A DNA stretch of 18,195 nt from NCBI GenBank assembly GCA_001179505.1, contig CDMY01000811.1:1-18195 (forward strand). The letters are read 5' to 3'. Position numbers and translations under genes: made by a program. Positions 1-9,249 of this stretch are shown here, piece by piece (positions within the stretch are counted from its first letter, which is position 1; each line of letters starts with the position of its first letter). Source of the stretch: Vitrella brassicaformis CCMP3155 (taxonomy: Eukaryota; Protista; Chromerida). The notes under the pieces are model-generated. The model was not told the origin of the DNA. It saw only the letters and a program-made list of their open reading frames with translations, and searched no databases.

Positions 1-44
1 CCCACTGATGACCCGTTTGTCTTTCCATGTCTCGCTGCTTGCAG

Positions 45-845
45 TGCCGTCTGGCGATGTTGCCGAGCCAGGCACCTTCGTGTCGTCCATCTGGTCGGTC
101 CTCGAGGTCGCACTTATCGCACAGCTGACGGTGGTCTTGCTCGAGCGGTCCCATCTGGGGGAACTCAAGCAAGCCGTGCAGCGGCGCTTCGGGCCTGCTC
201 ATGTCTTCGGGACTATGAGATAGATGCGGAGGACCGCTTCGTCCTCACGGCCCATGCTATGAAAAAGGTGAGCCTTGGATCGTATCGACACAGAAAGCAC
301 CAAGGCACCATGCTTTCTTTGTGTCAAGGTCTGTCAAGGGACAATCACACGGCGCTGATTCCGCCTGTCGAGACCACCATCCGTGCGTTGCTGAGGGCCG
401 GGGCAGACATCAGCCGCATGCCCGCAGACACCGCACCGCAGCGCCGTCATCGCGAGCTAGTGCTTCCCCAATATACGCAGGTGCTGAGCGGCCTGCGCAC
501 GTTGGTGATGGTGGCGGTCAATGCGGCGCTGCGGCCTCAGCGCAGCCTTGCGGCCTTTCTGATGAAGTCCCTCCCTACGCTCCACCCCCACCTGCTGCAT
601 CCCTCTGGCACTGCCCCTCTGGCCAGCCTGTTCCCCGCTCCCGGCTCCCATAATGTCACTGAGAGCGGCTCGCTTCGCTCGCCGCCTACAGTGAGATTCC
701 GTCTAACCTCTGAGTGTCTACTCACCTGACGAGCAGGGCCTGCGAGCCGCATGTGTCTTCGAGGAAGAGCAATCTACAGCAGCCGAGATACATATGCATA
801 CATATATGTATACACCTGTACATAACAATGCGTGTGACGTGTATG

Positions 846-878
<33 letters not shown>

Positions 879-915
879 ATGCATGCAGGTAGCGCGGAGC
901 AGTGCCGTTGAGAAG
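45..915 (+). pseudogene. Disrupted spliced gene fragment of a Vitrella-type lineage-expanded (ankyrin-like) protein family
   Basis: Predicted exons 45-267 (after ttgcag, before AAG|GTGAGC), 329-690 (before GTGAGA) and 889-915 (after tgcag, before GTAAGA). Peptides LKQAVQRRFGPAHVFG/DYEIDAEDRFVLTAHAMKK and IRALLRAGADISRMP...VLSGLRTLVMVAVNAALRPQRSLAA resemble a family I recall from Vitrella. Two +1 G corrections (GGG at 209-211 and 338-340) are needed to keep the frame. Confidence 0.5.
846..878. repeat. Compound (TA)n(TG)n microsatellite, with a shorter second copy at ~2019-2046
   Basis: Read directly from the sequence; lies inside a predicted intron. Confidence 0.95.
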
Positions 916-1239
916 GTAAGAGAAGCGATAATACCCGCTTTCAGAAGACAGAACGGGGGGATGGGTGTGTGTGAATTCGTGCTCTTTATGTATGTACGCG
1001 TATGTGTGTGGCGCGCTCGGCACTACATGCCCTTGTCTGTACATTTATCTCTGTATTTGTCCACGTAATCGGACACTGAGTGCAAGTAAGAATGAAATAT
1101 CCTACTGCCCATCTACCCCATCATTCTGTCCATCCAACTCAAAGTCATCGCAAACTTTCTGTCCATCCGTCATATTCATCCATCTGCCTGCCTTTCTGTC
1201 CATCAGCCTGTCCATCTGCAATGCACACATGCCAAAAGC

Positions 1240-1363
1240 TGTCGGAATAGGTGGGAGAGAGTCGGTGAGAATGGTGAAGAGAGGATCAGCGGGGCGGTCA
1301 GTCCCGGATAAAGGATTAAGTCAATGCAACTTGAAGTCTGTGGATTTGCTGCAAAGTCCATGC
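1240..1363 (-). repeat. Partial copia LTR, truncated by the gap
   Basis: Matches 2408-2531 (tgtcggaataggtggg...aaagtccatgc). Confidence 0.9.
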
Positions 1364-1663
1364 NNNNNNNNNNNNNNNNNNNNNNNNNNNNNNNNNNNNN
1401 NNNNNNNNNNNNNNNNNNNNNNNNNNNNNNNNNNNNNNNNNNNNNNNNNNNNNNNNNNNNNNNNNNNNNNNNNNNNNNNNNNNNNNNNNNNNNNNNNNNN
1501 NNNNNNNNNNNNNNNNNNNNNNNNNNNNNNNNNNNNNNNNNNNNNNNNNNNNNNNNNNNNNNNNNNNNNNNNNNNNNNNNNNNNNNNNNNNNNNNNNNNN
1601 NNNNNNNNNNNNNNNNNNNNNNNNNNNNNNNNNNNNNNNNNNNNNNNNNNNNNNNNNNNNNNN
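1364..1663. other. Assembly gap (300 N)
   Basis: Exactly 300 N, the same size as the second gap, so it is a placeholder length. Confidence 1.
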
Positions 1664-2407
1664 GCGGCCTGCGCACGTTGGTGATGGTGGCGGTCAATGC
1701 GGCGCTGCGGCCTCAGCGCAGCCTTGCGGCCTTTCTGATGAAGTCCCTCCCTACGCTCCACCCCCACCTGCTGCATCCCTCTGGCACTGCCCCTCTGGCC
1801 AGCCTGTTCCCCGCTCCCGGCTCCCATAATGTCACTGAGAGCGGCTCGCTTCGCTCGCCGCCTACAGTGAGATTCCGTCTAACCTCTGAGTGTCTACTCA
1901 CCTGACGAGCAGGGCCTGCGAGCCGCATGTGGCTTCGAGGAAGAGCAATCTAGAGCAGCCGAGATACATATGCATACATATATGCATACACCTATACATA
2001 ACAATGTGTGTGACGTGTGTATATATATATATATGTGTGTGTGTGTATGCATGGAGGGAGCGCGGAGCAGTGCCGTTGAGAAGGTAAGAGAAGCGATAAT
2101 ACCCGCTTTCAGAAGACAGAACGGGGGGGTGGGTGGGTGTGAATTCGTGCTCTTTATGTATGTACGCGTATGTGTGTGGCGCGCTCGGCACTACATGCCC
2201 TTGTCTGTACGTTTATCTCTGTATTTGTCCACGTAATCGGACACTGAGTGCAAGTAAGAATGAAATATCCTACTGCCCATCTACCCCATCATTCTGTCCA
2301 TCCAACTCAAAGTCATCGCAAACTTTCTGTCCATCCGTCACATTCATCCATCTGCCTGCCTTTCTGTCCATCAGCCTGTCCATCTGCAATGCACACATGC
2401 CAAAAGC

Positions 2408-2687
2408 TGTCGGAATAGGTGGGAGAGAGTCGGTGAGAATGGTGAAGAGAGGATCAGCGGGGCGGTCAGTCCCGGATAAAGGATTAAGTCAATGCAACTT
2501 GAAGTCTGTGGATTTGCTGCAAAGTCCATGCATGGCATGTAGCATAGATCAGTCCATCCTGTCTGACGTCCTGTCCGCCATGGCCTGTCTCATGGGTACA
2601 GACATCATCGAAAGAATCACCAATGCCGTCCTGTCTCACAGATCAGTAGATCGTCGATCTACGGTGGACCGACTTGCACTTCTGACA
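2408..2687 (-). repeat. 3' LTR (280 bp)
   Basis: About 92% identical to 8162-8440 by manual alignment (~22 substitutions, 2 indels). Begins TGTCAGAAG on the minus strand directly after the PPT. Confidence 0.95.
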
Positions 2688-2696
2688 CCCCCTCTC
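2688..2696 (-). promoter_or_regulatory. Polypurine tract GAGAGGGGG
   Basis: Purine run abutting the TG of the 3' LTR on the minus strand. Confidence 0.9.
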
Positions 2697-2972
2697 AAGT
2701 CGGTACAGAGATAGGGCATAAATCTTCGTAAAAGAAAACACTGCGCGAGTGAGGTCTTCGCCACGCAAGAGATCTGCACACGGAGCAGCCCTCCTCAAGA
2801 AGAAAGACCAGAAAGTGACGTGTCCAAGGCCATCAGAGGGGCGCAAGGACAAGAGGAGCATAGTGAAGCCGCAGATCCAGATAGCGGACATCACCATCAA
2901 AGATAGAGATAGACAAGCGAAGGAGTGCTCCCGTGCAACCTCAAGCAAGTGGCTAAAACCACACAATCAAGA

Positions 2973-3886
2973 TCATGACAAGTTCTGCCTGCCTGTGATC
3001 TTCTGACTCAGGTACTCGTGTGCCTCTCTGCCCAAGCCCTTAGTCAGTGTGTCAGCAACATTCTCAGATGACGGTAAGGAGCGCACAGACACAACGCCTG
3101 ACTGAACCAGATCACGCANNNNNNNNNNNNNNNNNNNNNNNNNNNNNNNNNNNNNNNNNNNNNNNNNNNNNNNNNNNNNNNNNNNNNNNNNNNNNNNNNN
3201 NNNNNNNNNNNNNNNNNNNNNNNNNNNNNNNNNNNNNNNNNNNNNNNNNNNNNNNNNNNNNNNNNNNNNNNNNNNNNNNNNNNNNNNNNNNNNNNNNNNN
3301 NNNNNNNNNNNNNNNNNNNNNNNNNNNNNNNNNNNNNNNNNNNNNNNNNNNNNNNNNNNNNNNNNNNNNNNNNNNNNNNNNNNNNNNNNNNNNNNNNNNN
3401 NNNNNNNNNNNNNNNNNNACCTCCACTGTCAGCATGCAAGACTGCACTGCCAAATCGAATACCGAACAGCCTCACTTCCTTCAAAAAATCAGCCAGGTAG
3501 ACGAGGGCAGTGGCACACTCACACATTTGCACGTATTCTGCCTCGACAGAAGATAGAGTGACGATCGGCTGTGTTTTGGCACTCCACAAGACAGGGCCTC
3601 CACACAGGAAGACAAGGTGAACCCCACTGGACTTCCTATCCTCGCTATCTGCCCATGATGAATCAGAAAACGCACACAGATGCAACACACTGCCTGACTG
3701 ACAGCCATTGAACTCTATCCCTTTCTCCTTTGTCGCGCTCAGGTATCGCAATACATGCCTGGCTGCTGTCCAATGGCTCGCTCCTGGGTTGTGGGCGTGC
3801 TTGGCCAGCTCCTTGACGGCGAATGCGATGTCCGGTCGGCATGTGACAGAGCAGAACATGAGGGATCCCACAAGTTGTCGATAGGG
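2973..3886 (-). pseudogene. pol: copia pol: RT C-terminus and RNase H, interrupted by the assembly gap
   Basis: YRQLVGSLMF..CRPDIAFAV, FSDSSWAD, QPIVTLSSVEAEY. After the gap, at 3118-2973, RDLVQSGVVSVRSLPSSENVADTLTKGLGREAHEYLSQKITGRQNLS* gives the copia ADxLTKxL terminus with TGA at 2973-2975. Confidence 0.92.
3119..3418. other. Assembly gap (300 N) inside RNase H
   Basis: By copia homology only ~30 codons are missing, so the true gap is probably shorter than 300 nt. Confidence 1.
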
Positions 3887-4698
3887 ATCTTGCTCTTCTT
3901 CTTCTTCTTCTTCTTCTTGTCCTCAGTCTGCGGTGCCATATCGCTGGTCAGTCGCACACCAGATGCACATGGGAATGGTGTTGGGTTGGCTTGGTCCATG
4001 TGGTACTTGCTGATCATCTTGTCGATGTATTGTGGCTGTGTGATGGTCAGGTGTCGTCGTGGTCGGTCTCGTGTGATCTTGAGTGCCAGGAACACATCAG
4101 CCTCGCCCAAATCCTTCGTCGCGAAGACTGTCGACAGCTGCGATTTGGACCAGGTAACCCCCTCTTCGCTGCTGGCGATAGGGATATCATCGACGAACAC
4201 ACACAACATGATTCCCTTGTTGTCGTGCAGGTACACACAGGGCTCCTTGGGATGGCGGCGGAAGCCGAGATGCAGTAGTTGGTTGTGGAGGGTGATGTTC
4301 CACGCACGCGGGGCCTCTTTGAGTCCATAAAGGGCGTTCCGGAGGCGGACAACATATCCCGGGCGCTCGTAGCCAGGTGGGCACTCCATGAAGACTGGCT
4401 TGTCGAGCGGCGCGTTGAGAAATGCTGTGACGTCCATTTGGTGAATTTCCAGGTCGAGGTGATTGGCGATGGCCAGGACTGCTCGCACAACGTGGTAAGA
4501 GAGCGTCGGGGCGAACACATCCTCCACTTGGTTCTTCTCTTGCTCGAATCCGCGGGCGACGATGCGGGCCTTGTACTTGTCAGGCTTGAGGGCGTACACC
4601 CATCGACAGGATACCGGCCGACTGGTCGCTTGAGAGCGGGGCACGTATTCAAATACACCCAGGTCAGTGACCGATTGCATCTCCCGATCCATCGCATC
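3884..4698 (-). pseudogene. pol: copia reverse transcriptase (RVT_2-type)
   Basis: DAMDREM, CRWVY, YKARIVARGFEQ, QMDV(-)TAFLN, LRNALYGLKEAPRAW, CVFVDD, DLGE. It is in frame with the upstream ORF across TAA at 4699-4701. It ends in an (AAG)8 poly-Lys tract (3895-3918) followed by a frameshift at ~3884-3886. Confidence 0.95.
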
Positions 4699-7600
4699 TT
4701 ACCAGTGACAGGCGTCGAATGCGTTCATTGCTTGCTTGTAGGTCTTGGGCACCTTGGATGCGAAGAGCTGTGGCGTTGGAAGTGGTTGACGGGTCTGTTG
4801 CGATGCCGGTGGCCTCGCTAGTGCTGCCGGTGCGTCGGTGTCGACGATCATGCTTGGCATCGTGTCGTCCACATCGTCAGCAACACACAGGCGCTCGATG
4901 ACGGCGAAGATGTTGTCCTCGTACAGCCACCGAGGGATGAGGCGGTTTCGGCCTGATCTTCGGTGCTCGGCGTTGTCGTCATCTGCCCCCTCTTCCTCTC
5001 GAATGACTCGGTAGTCGTCAGCGGCACCTCCATCGGTATCAGCGGCGGCTTCTTCTCCATCTTGACCGGCCGGCGGTAGGGCTGGTGCTGCTGGCGGTCC
5101 TTCGAGCAGTGCAGAGCTGTCAGGCTCTTGATCTTGGTTGTGTTGGTCGACACGCTCATCTTCTTGATGCTCACAATGTCGGTCATCTTCGGGTTGCTGG
5201 GCACGATGGTGGTCTTGATGGTGGTCGGTCTGCTCGTCAGGTGAGACGGGCGTCTGAGGGTGCACCAAATCAATCCCTAGTGGTCCTCTTGGTTGCTTCT
5301 CCTTTGCAGGAAACACGTGCTCGTCCACTTGGACGTCTCGTGAGATGACGAATTGACGATCATCAGGTAACCACACCACATAGCCATCCTTCGTGTTGGG
5401 GTCGAAGCCGACGAGGATGCCCAACTTCGCCCGTGGCTCCAGCTTGCCCCTCTGGTCCTTTCGCTGATGCACATATGCTCTCGCGCCGAATGTGCGGATA
5501 TGCTTGATGCATGGCGGGTAACCCCAGAAAAGCTCAAATGGCGTCTTCTCTGATGGATTTGTCTTGGTTGGCATTCGATTCTTGATGTAGGTGGCGGTCT
5601 TCGCAGCAAAACACCAAGAAGATGGGGGAAGGCCGGATTGGAAGAGTGCTGCACGGGTCAGCTGACACACCACACCAATCGTTCGTTCTGCCACGCCGTT
5701 TTGTGACTGATGGTGTGGTAGGCTTTGATCTTGGCGTATCTGGTGCTGCTCACAGAATGCCTTCCATGTGCCGGCGATGAGTTCGGCCCCTCCATCGGTT
5801 CTCACTGCTTTGGGCATGCGGACGGCCGTGCAGTAGTGCATAAACGCCTTCGGTGCGATGGACTTTTGCTTGAGAAAGTAGGTCTGCATATAACGGCTGT
5901 GGTCGTCCACCATGACCATCAGGTACTTGAACCCTCTCTCGCTGAGTTGCTTGATCTGCGCCAGGTCGACGTGAACTAGATCACCAGGCGACGAATGGCG
6001 GAATGCATTTCCCAGGTACGGACGAATCTTCATCTTGGCTTGGACACACACCTCGCACTTGCGCTGCTCTCCCTCATTCTTCTTGCCTTTCTTGACCACA
6101 GGTGCGTTGCGACATACCTCAGGAAGTCGGTCGACGGCTGCATCGTGGTAGTGGAGGAAGCGCTGATGGGCAAGTTTCTCACTGATGACCTCGGCCACCA
6201 TTGCTCCTGTTTGCTCGCCACCTTCATCAGCAGGTGAACAGGGAAACGCGCCATCACCACCACGCGGGTCGATGATTCTTCCTGTTGCTGTGGCTGTCGT
6301 GTGCTCTGCCGCCGGTAGAGCACGTGGCTGTGAGTAGATGGGGCAGTCGTTGGCATCCCTGTAGATGTCCAGATACCAGAAACGACCACGTCTGACAAGC
6401 GGGTAGCGGTCTCCTCTCCTTGTTGCGGTCATATGGGCTGCACCGGGGCCAATAAGAAACTCGATGCAGGATTGGTCCACCAGGTGAGCGACGGAGAAGA
6501 GATTGAACTTCAGATCAGGCACATACAGCACACCATCCACACACACGGTCTTCTTGCCGTTGTTGACCTCTTTACAGGTGTACTTGATGCGGCCGACTCC
6601 TCTGGCTGGTACGGACGTGCCATCGGCCATGACGATCTTGATGTGTCGGTCAAGCGGCTTGATTTCGTCGAAGAGAAACTGCTGGTGGCAGCATGTCTTG
6701 CCGGCTCCTGAATCGATCATCATGGAGGTAGGTCTCACAGACACAGCACTGACGTTGACCACTTCTTCCTCGCACTCAACGGCCGTGACGGTCCCCACCA
6801 TTTCCAGGTCGGTTGCTCTCTGCTCGCAGGTGTCGTCGGTCTGATCACACCCGTCGAGTTGATTCGTGTGGACGCGCCGATTGCGGTTGCCCATGCCGTT
6901 CGTGCGCGTCGCATTCATGATGACCTCTCCGTCCTTATCGTGACGAACGATGGGCTGCTGCTGGCGTCCATCGTTGCTGCTCGGGTACGCGCGGAAAGGC
7001 ACCCCTGATGAGTTCCACTGATTGCCATTCCTTCTGTTGTTGTTGTGGTTGTTGTAGGTCTGGCTGTTGCCGTTTGGTTGGCGTCGCCATTCGTAGCGGC
7101 TGTCACGATTGTCTCGGTAAGGCCGTTCGTTGTTCCTGTTGCCTCCCTGATATGTGTCAGGTCGATTGCCGTTGTGTGGTTGACCATGTTGGCGTCCGTT
7201 CTGGTTGCCCTTCTGTCGAAAGCGGTCACGCTGCTGGCTCATCCTTCTCGCATGCTGCATGCGGTCGTTGGCATTGCGGAGGGCTTCCTCGAATTGCTCC
7301 CATGTGAGGTCGTTGAAGCGGTAGTCCAACGAGCTCTTGAAGCGCTCAAATCGAGGAGGTAGGGCATTCACCATGACGGCTATCTTGGTGTTGTCGGTTG
7401 GTTTCTCTCCCATGTCGCTCAATTGCTTCGCCAGGAAGTTGAAGTCGGTGAGAGCGTCGTCGATGTCATCCTTCTCCATCTGGTACTGGAAGAAGTTGCG
7501 GAGGACCTCGTGCCGACAGACGACTCGCTCAGGTACGCACCGCTTGCGCAACTCCCAATAGGCACGTGCACCATTCTCGCCATACTTGTCGAATGACTCC

Positions 7601-7887
7601 TGGATGATCCGTTTCGCCTTGCCTTCCGTGTGCAGGACGAGGAAGCCGAAGAGCTGTCGTAACACACTCCTCTCCTTCGTTCGCTGCTCGTCAAGGTCTC
7701 CATCCTCATTCGGTACAGGTAACCCAGGAATGTCTTCTTCCTTCTCAGGCATCAGACGCTCTGTGGGCATCTCCTTGGCCAGGAGGAAGGCTCTAAGGGT
7801 AACTTCCCACTCACGCCAGTCGTCCTTGCCTCCATCAAAGGCACGGATGACGGTCTTGGGGTCGAATGTAAGAATGGGCTGCGCCAT
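4699..7887 (-). CDS. gag-pol: copia Gag-protease-integrase polyprotein (1062 aa up to a premature TAA)
   Basis: Gag N-terminus FDGGKDDWREW, UBN2-like helical core, protease MIDSGAG, HQRFLH...CEVCVQAK, integrase VHVDL / VRTDGGAE / QNGVAER, and RTFGARAYVH..KLEPRAKLGILVGF..SRDV. Confidence 0.96.
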   Translation of the reverse strand: MAQPILTFDPKTVIRAFDGGKDDWREWEVTLRAFLLAKEMPTERLMPEKEEDIPGLPVPNEDGDLDEQRTKERSVLRQLFGFLVLHTEGKAKRIIQESFDKYGENGARAYWELRKRCVPERVVCRHEVLRNFFQYQMEKDDIDDALTDFNFLAKQLSDMGEKPTDNTKIAVMVNALPPRFERFKSSLDYRFNDLTWEQFEEALRNANDRMQHARRMSQQRDRFRQKGNQNGRQHGQPHNGNRPDTYQGGNRNNERPYRDNRDSRYEWRRQPNGNSQTYNNHNNNRRNGNQWNSSGVPFRAYPSSNDGRQQQPIVRHDKDGEVIMNATRTNGMGNRNRRVHTNQLDGCDQTDDTCEQRATDLEMVGTVTAVECEEEVVNVSAVSVRPTSMMIDSGAGKTCCHQQFLFDEIKPLDRHIKIVMADGTSVPARGVGRIKYTCKEVNNGKKTVCVDGVLYVPDLKFNLFSVAHLVDQSCIEFLIGPGAAHMTATRRGDRYPLVRRGRFWYLDIYRDANDCPIYSQPRALPAAEHTTATATGRIIDPRGGDGAFPCSPADEGGEQTGAMVAEVISEKLAHQRFLHYHDAAVDRLPEVCRNAPVVKKGKKNEGEQRKCEVCVQAKMKIRPYLGNAFRHSSPGDLVHVDLAQIKQLSERGFKYLMVMVDDHSRYMQTYFLKQKSIAPKAFMHYCTAVRMPKAVRTDGGAELIAGTWKAFCEQHQIRQDQSLPHHQSQNGVAERTIGVVCQLTRAALFQSGLPPSSWCFAAKTATYIKNRMPTKTNPSEKTPFELFWGYPPCIKHIRTFGARAYVHQRKDQRGKLEPRAKLGILVGFDPNTKDGYVVWLPDDRQFVISRDVQVDEHVFPAKEKQPRGPLGIDLVHPQTPVSPDEQTDHHQDHHRAQQPEDDRHCEHQEDERVDQHNQDQEPDSSALLEGPPAAPALPPAGQDGEEAAADTDGGAADDYRVIREEEGADDDNAEHRRSGRNRLIPRWLYEDNIFAVIERLCVADDVDDTMPSMIVDTDAPAALARPPASQQTRQPLPTPQLFASKVPKTYKQAMNAFDACHW

Positions 7888-8150
7888 TGCTGCTGCTCTT
7901 CTTGCTGCTCAGGTCGATCGGTCAGGATCGTCACACTGGCTGCTACTGAAGAGGCGCTTGACGCTGAAGATGTCTTTCGGGGCTGACAACACCGAGAGAA
8001 TGCGGGCTGATAGACCGGTTTGGATCTATCAGCTGCCGACAGACAGACGATAGACAGGCTGCTGCACAGACAGACTGCCGAGAGGCGGATGATAGACAGG
8101 CCTGTTAGGATCTGCCCAACTGCCGATCAGGCGGAAAAGACAAACCAATT

Positions 8151-8162
8151 TGCTGCGCCCAT
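8151..8162 (-). promoter_or_regulatory. Candidate primer binding site (A)TGGGCGCAGCA
   Basis: Directly follows the 5' LTR. Matches 11/12 nt of ATGGGCCCAGCA, the complement of the internal tRNA-iMet segment used by copia/Ty5-type half-tRNA priming, but the usual GGTT lead-in is absent. Confidence 0.45.
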
Positions 8163-8440
8163 GTCAGAATAGGTGGGAGAGTCGGTGAGAATGGTGACGA
8201 GAGGATCTGCCGGGCGGTCAGTCCCGGATAAAGGATTAAGTCAATGCAGCTTAATGTCTGTGGATTTTTGTGGAAAGTCCATACATGACATGTAGCATAG
8301 ATCAGTCCATCCTGTCTGACGTCCTGTCCGCCGTGGCCTGTCTCATGGATACGGACAACATCGAAAGAATTACAACATCCGTCCTGTCTCACAGATCAGT
8401 GGATCGTCGATCTACGGTGGACCGACTTGCACTTCTGACA
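8162..8440 (-). repeat. 5' LTR (279 bp)
   Basis: Perfect 8-bp terminal inverted repeat TGTCAGAA...TTCTGACA; homologous to 2408-2687. Confidence 0.95.
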
Positions 8441-8527
8441 AGGAAAGCTGGATGGAGGAGAGCTGTCTAAATCGCCATTTTAAGAGTGCAGTTTTCACTT
8501 CTCGCTGTCTCCATCGTATCTTTTCAT

Positions 8528-8690
8528 GTCTACATCTCGGTGCACCGTGTGTCTGTGCGTCACGGGGTATGTGTGTGTGTGTGTGTGTGTGGGTTTGTTT
8601 GTGTATGTGTGTGTGTGTGTGTGTGTGCGCGATGCTGTGTGCGTGTGTGTGCGGTGCTGTGTATGTGTGGGTGTGCGGGTGTGTGTCACG
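8528..8690. repeat. Imperfect (TG)n microsatellite field
   Basis: Read directly from the sequence. Confidence 0.95.
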
Positions 8691-8844
8691 GGGCTTTCAT
8701 CGTAGTGCAGATAGTGATTTTGTGCTTTTGCCAGTGCAGAGCGTTCCTCCTGCTTGTGATTTGTCACGGGTTTGGCCGGGCTGCCACTGCCTGCGTGCGC
8801 TTGAGTGGTTTGCGTGATTTGTCGAGTGCGTCGATCATTGAACG

Positions 8845-9070
8845 ATCTGCTTTTCATCGTGTCAGCGTCTTTCGTTCGTTCGTGTGCGTGTAGACTTGGG
8901 ACATCGTATGAGGCCGTAAGGCCGTCCGCCCTTCACGTGAACCGCTGCCTGCCCCATCTGCTTTTCATCCGTTCCGTTCACTGCCAGCGTCTTTCCTTTG
9001 TGTACGTATGGACCTGGGACATCGTGTGAGGCCGTGAGGCCATTCGCTCTGCGCGTGACCCGCTTCCTCC
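8845..9070. repeat. Diverged tandem duplication, two units of ~111-118 bp
   Basis: atctgcttttcatc at 8845 and 8956; gggacatcgt.tgaggccgt.aggcc at 8898 and 9016. Confidence 0.8.
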
Positions 9071-9094
9071 CAGATCAGACGCTCTGGTCGTGCA

Positions 9095-9113
9095 AAACCC
9101 TAAACCCCAAACC
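9095..9113 (+). promoter_or_regulatory. Telomere-like / telo-box motif AAACCCT-AAACCCC-AAACC
   Basis: About 2.7 units resembling (AAACCCT)n, ~150 bp upstream of the predicted ATG at 9250. Confidence 0.35.
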
Positions 9114-9249
9114 GTTTAACGCAATCAGCTCGAAAAGAACAACCAATTCCGCGAGCTCTCCAAGAAGCAGATCTGGTGAGAAGCCGTCTTCCCTAAGCAG
9201 GTTGCGCCACTCAGTAGATACTATAGCGCCTTTGACCTCAACAGCACCC

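Larger units (their letters stand above)
488..2531. repeat. Direct duplication: 488-1363 is repeated at 1664-2531, separated by a 300-N gap
   Basis: Near-identical sequence at an offset of 1176 shrinking to 1168. There are roughly a dozen differences, many near the (TA)n/(TG)n tract. Both copies contain the same flank-LTR junction. Confidence 0.95.
2408..8440 (-). mobile_element. Ty1/copia LTR retrotransposon, near full length, inactivated as assembled
   Basis: Two ~280-bp LTRs (TG...CA), PPT, candidate PBS, and domain order Gag-PR(DSG)-IN(HHCC, DDE)-RT-RNase H, which is diagnostic of copia. Confidence 0.97.

Noticed and set aside
1100-1230. Repeated (tt)ctgtccatc motifs, also at ~2270-2400, as a possible CRISPR-like or satellite array
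   Set aside because: Only about four short degenerate motifs with irregular spacing, in a eukaryotic context with no cas genes; this is low-complexity sequence.
1324-1905. Long ORFs spanning the N gaps (also 965-1684, 1203-1697, 1321-1827, 3047-3556, 3112-3453)
   Set aside because: They are open only because N codons contain no stops.
3755-7709. Many antisense and alternate-frame ORFs over the copia element
   Set aside because: These are shadow ORFs of a GC-rich coding region with no recognisable motifs.
8103-8110. TGTTAGGA, which looks like an alternative LTR terminus
   Set aside because: There is no counterpart next to the 3' LTR, and LTR homology stops at 8162/2408.
8452-8893. ORFs rich in CV/VC or TH repeats
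   Set aside because: They are translations of the (TG)n microsatellite.
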